In this document: piece by piece, positions 33,199 to 35,905 of the stretch
How the letters are laid out: every line of letters starts with the position of its first letter
How positions within the stretch are numbered: position 1 is the stretch's first letter
From: Candidatus Moraniibacteriota bacterium
GTDB lineage: Bacteria; Patescibacteriota; Minisyncoccia; Moranbacterales; UBA1568
Length of the DNA: 35,905 nucleotides
Direction of reading: 5' to 3'
Assembly: GCA_041908545.1 (NCBI GenBank)
Contig: JAYRFE010000082.1
Span: forward strand, 1-35,905
Position numbers and translations under genes: made by a program
Notes under the pieces: generated by a model
The model's input: only the letters and a program-made list of their open reading frames with translations
The model's database searches: none
What the model was told of the DNA's origin: nothing

Positions 33199-33944
33199 TC
33201 GATACGCCGCTTATCGCCGCACATGATCTTGATTTTCGGCACGGAGAAACATCCGTGTTGTCCGGTGTGTCGTTCGAGATCTTTTTGGGAGATTATGTCG
33301 GTATCTTGGGGGCGAACGGTAGCGGGAAGACGACACTTATCAAACTGATCGTCGGTTTACTCGAGCCCTCGGGCGGGAAAGTGATGATTTTTGGTGATGA
33401 TCCGCTGGTTTTTCGGGGGTGGGATCAGGTGGGATACGTACCGCAACATGTTTTCAGGAATGATCAGAATTTTCCGGCGACGGTCGAGGAAATCGTTGCG
33501 AGCGGTTTCGGTCGGGATGAACGGCGACTTTCGGTTTCCGAAAGGCATTCTTGTCTGGAGCAAGCTCTCGAATCGGCGCGTGTTGCACATGTGCGACATC
33601 GGCGTATCGGCGAGCTCTCCGGGGGTGAGCAGCAGCGGGCATTCATCGCACGGGCACTCGCGACTCGGCCACGACTTCTCATTCTTGATGAACCGACTAC
33701 CGGTATCGATCGAACCTCCGAACAGGAATTTTATTCCCTGCTTAAGCGGCTGAACGATGACGGGATGACCATATTGCTCATATCGCATGATCTCGATGCG
33801 GTCGCGCGTGAAGTGAAGCAGGTCATGTGTCTGAATCGGACACTCGTGTATTTCGGAACCCCGGAAGGACTCCGTCATCCCGGGACGCTTGAAACGATGT
33901 ATGGTGATGGGAAACAGGTGCTTTTTCATAATCACGAGCACTAA
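33189..33944 (+). CDS. znuC: Metal ABC transporter ATP-binding protein
   Basis: Walker A (GANGSGKTT), signature (LSGGEQQR) and Walker B (LILDEPTTGID). It overlaps znuA by 10 nt. Confidence 0.85.
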   Translation: MSLVDTPLIAAHDLDFRHGETSVLSGVSFEIFLGDYVGILGANGSGKTTLIKLIVGLLEPSGGKVMIFGDDPLVFRGWDQVGYVPQHVFRNDQNFPATVEEIVASGFGRDERRLSVSERHSCLEQALESARVAHVRHRRIGELSGGEQQRAFIARALATRPRLLILDEPTTGIDRTSEQEFYSLLKRLNDDGMTILLISHDLDAVAREVKQVMCLNRTLVYFGTPEGLRHPGTLETMYGDGKQVLFHNHEH

Positions 33945-33958
33945 GACTTCTATCGGGT

Positions 33959-34774
33959 ATGGATATCCTCGCGTTCTGGCAATTCGATTTTCTCCGACGG
34001 GCCCTTGAAGCCGGTCTTTTGATTGGGATAGCGGCGCCATTTTTGGGGATTTTCCTGGTTGTTCGGCGTTACTCGCTTCTCTCCGACGCACTGTCGCACG
34101 TTTCTTTTCTGGGTGTCGCTCTGGCCCTTCTCCTGAAAATCCCGATCTTTTTCGGAGTCCTCTTTCTCTCCGTTTCCGCGGCGCTCGGCATGGAACGATT
34201 GCGTTCCAGCGGGAAAATCCTTGGAGAATCGGTTGTCGCACTCGTACTGTCTGGAAGTCTGGCATTGGCGGTTGTCCTGCTGTCCTCGCTTCGCGGACTC
34301 AATGTGAATATCATGAGCTATCTGTTCGGAAGCCTTTCGACGGTGACGCATTTCGATCTTTTGATGCTCTTTGCTATCGTCATACTCGTGCTGACATTCG
34401 TGATACTTCGTTATCGTCAGCTTTTCCTGACAGCACTCGACGAAGATCTTGCCCGCGTTTCCGGAGTTCGAGTTTCGGTGCTCAATGCCACCTTCGCTGC
34501 GCTTGCAGCCGGTGTCGTGGCAGCCTCTCTCCAGATCGTCGGCGCTCTCCTTATCGGAGCGCTTATGGTGATTCCGGTCTTGGCGGCGCTCGAGTTGAGG
34601 AAAGGATTCTTCGTGACCCTGGTATTCTCAGAAGTCATATCTCTGCTTTCCGTGGTCATCGGACTTCTGCTCTCGTACCGTTTCGATCTGGCGAGTGGGG
34701 GCGCCATCGTCTTGGTCGCAATGGGATTCTACTTTTTTGCTTTTTTCGGACGACGGTTTTTCACTCGAAGCTAG
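33959..34774 (+). CDS. znuB: Metal ABC transporter permease (ABC-3 family)
   Basis: Polytopic (about 8 TM) protein immediately after znuC. The N-terminal segment LLSDALSHVSFLGVALA is typical of the ABC-3 family. Confidence 0.85.
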   Translation: MDILAFWQFDFLRRALEAGLLIGIAAPFLGIFLVVRRYSLLSDALSHVSFLGVALALLLKIPIFFGVLFLSVSAALGMERLRSSGKILGESVVALVLSGSLALAVVLLSSLRGLNVNIMSYLFGSLSTVTHFDLLMLFAIVILVLTFVILRYRQLFLTALDEDLARVSGVRVSVLNATFAALAAGVVAASLQIVGALLIGALMVIPVLAALELRKGFFVTLVFSEVISLLSVVIGLLLSYRFDLASGGAIVLVAMGFYFFAFFGRRFFTRS

Positions 34775-34859
34775 AAGGGGCAGTGGTCAGTCTCGTGACT
34801 TTCGTTTCGATCTCTGTTATATTGGGTGGACTTTTTCGTGAAATGAACGTTTCAGGGTC

Positions 34860-35905
34860 ATGCAATCTTCATCATCCTTCATCCGTGTGTTGAAATCCTA
34901 CGCCGTGTCGGCCCGTCGGCAGGCGTGGTGGTTCGCGGCCGTCCTGGTATCGTATGGCCTGGCATCGTTTTTTTCCGGTGTCCTCACCCCATTGGTGTAT
35001 CGTCGCATCATCGACAGCATAGCAGGAGCAACAGATCGACTTGCCATCGCTCCGATATTGGCTGAAAGCTTCTGGATGCTCATCGGAGTCATCGTTTGTT
35101 ACCAATTTTTTTATCGGACGGGGGATTTTACGATCAGCGCAGCTGAGAGTAGGACCATGGAAGATCTGAATCGGCGCGCATTCGGGGCTTTCATGCGACA
35201 GAACTATACTTTTTTCGCCGATCGTTTCACGGGAAGTCTGGTCGCTCAGTCCCGGAGATACACGCGGGCTTTCGAGGACATCGCGGATATTCTCGTTTTC
35301 AATTTCTGGATGCCGACTATACGGATTACGGGTGTCGTTGTATCCTTGTTTCTTATCAATCCGGTCATCGCTATCATTTTTCTTGTCTGGATTCCGATAT
35401 ATATCGTCATTGCCTTCTGGATGACCCAAAAAAAGCTCCCGTATGATGCCGAGAGTGCGACCCAGGATTCGGCCCTGACGGCCCGGCTTTCGGATGCACT
35501 TTCGAATATGTTCGCCGTGAAGACTTTCGCTTCCGAGTGGGAGGAGAATGCCGCCTTCGGTCAGGCGGCAGAGCTGGACGGTACTGCCCGTCTTCGGAGC
35601 TGGCGATTCAACAATATCCTGATCGCTGTCCAGACCATCATGTTCAGTATGCTTGAGATCGTAGCTATGTATGCGGTCATCCATCTCTGGCTCGCAGGAA
35701 GTGTGAGTACCGGCACGGTCGTATTGGTGCAGATTTACATCGGATCGCTTTTCGGAGAACTCTTCGGTCTGGGGAGATCTTTCGGGAGGCTGATGAGAAA
35801 TGTTGCGGATGCGAGCGAGATGACGGATGTCCTGGCGCTGAGCGATACCGAACCTTTTGACCGGGTTACATCAGGGATACCCGTCTTAGGGACGATTTCC
35901 TTTGA
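34860..35905 (+). CDS. ABC exporter, fused TMD-NBD type (MsbA/MdlB-like), 5' partial (runs off the window)
   Basis: Hand translation from the ATG at 34860 is open to the end of the window, so it is absent from the ORF track. It shows the six-helix ABC_membrane pattern (FFADRFTGSLVAQSRRYTRAFEDI..., SDALSNMFAVKTFASEW). It ends at GTISF, which is the start of the NBD. An extended -10 (TGtTATATT) lies at 34815-34823. Confidence 0.8.
   Translation, partial: MQSSSSFIRVLKSYAVSARRQAWWFAAVLVSYGLASFFSGVLTPLVYRRIIDSIAGATDRLAIAPILAESFWMLIGVIVCYQFFYRTGDFTISAAESRTMEDLNRRAFGAFMRQNYTFFADRFTGSLVAQSRRYTRAFEDIADILVFNFWMPTIRITGVVVSLFLINPVIAIIFLVWIPIYIVIAFWMTQKKLPYDAESATQDSALTARLSDALSNMFAVKTFASEWEENAAFGQAAELDGTARLRSWRFNNILIAVQTIMFSMLEIVAMYAVIHLWLAGSVSTGTVVLVQIYIGSLFGELFGLGRSFGRLMRNVADASEMTDVLALSDTEPFDRVTSGIPVLGTISF

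Noticed and set aside
1-35905. Search of the whole window for CRISPR arrays, tRNA or rRNA genes, IS elements or inverted terminal repeats, integrases, and toxin-antitoxin pairs.
   Set aside because: None was recognised. Intergenic regions are short, the longest being about 300 nt, and are accounted for by promoters, leaders and terminators. No transposase- or recombinase-like translation appears in the ORF track.

Overview
This is a 35.9-kb, densely coding chromosomal segment with about 36 protein genes, nearly all on the + strand. It uses the standard code: TGA, TAA and TAG each end recognisable proteins at their natural C-termini. I saw no rRNA, tRNA, CRISPR array, transposase, integrase or phage genes. 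All calls rest on reading motifs by eye in the supplied translations and DNA; no database search was possible.

Gene order:
- 24-3698: acidic TSP3-repeat protein, ApbE flavin transferase, TSP3-fused ferric-reductase-type di-heme membrane protein, MacB/FtsX permease.
- 3735-8586: class A PBP (- strand), NUDIX hydrolase, small acidic protein, ABC-F ATPase.
- 8676-9302: orphan 208-aa gene (- strand) with a near-consensus promoter and a 20-bp palindrome.
- 9610-12319: DEAD-box helicase, small membrane protein, PAS-ECF sigma fusion.
- 12492-15590: class III RNR operon (nrdD, separate glycyl-radical mini-ORF, nrdG).
- 15710-18846: PIN-PhoH (PhoH2) and a Pif1-family helicase.
- 18950-30139: type IV pilus genes (pilD, three prepilin-like genes, then pilB 6.6 kb downstream), interleaved with envelope genes: SLT-like protein, EamA-like 10-TM protein, GH clan-A-like hydrolase, TrmH/SpoU methyltransferase, FN3/TSP3/Ig surface protein, HAD-IB hydrolase, VanZ.
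- 30175-35905: short Rel (p)ppGpp enzyme (- strand), zur-znuACB, and the 5' part of an ABC exporter.

The content fits a small-genome anaerobic bacterium, possibly Patescibacteria/CPR-like, but that is inference only.

Most interesting observations:
1. NrdD is split so that the glycyl-radical loop sits on its own 62-aa ORF.
2. An ApbE without a signal peptide is translationally coupled to a TSP3-fused NOX/FRE-type heme membrane protein.
3. An ECF-type sigma factor carries an N-terminal PAS domain.
4. The tightly signalled orphan gene has no recognisable family.
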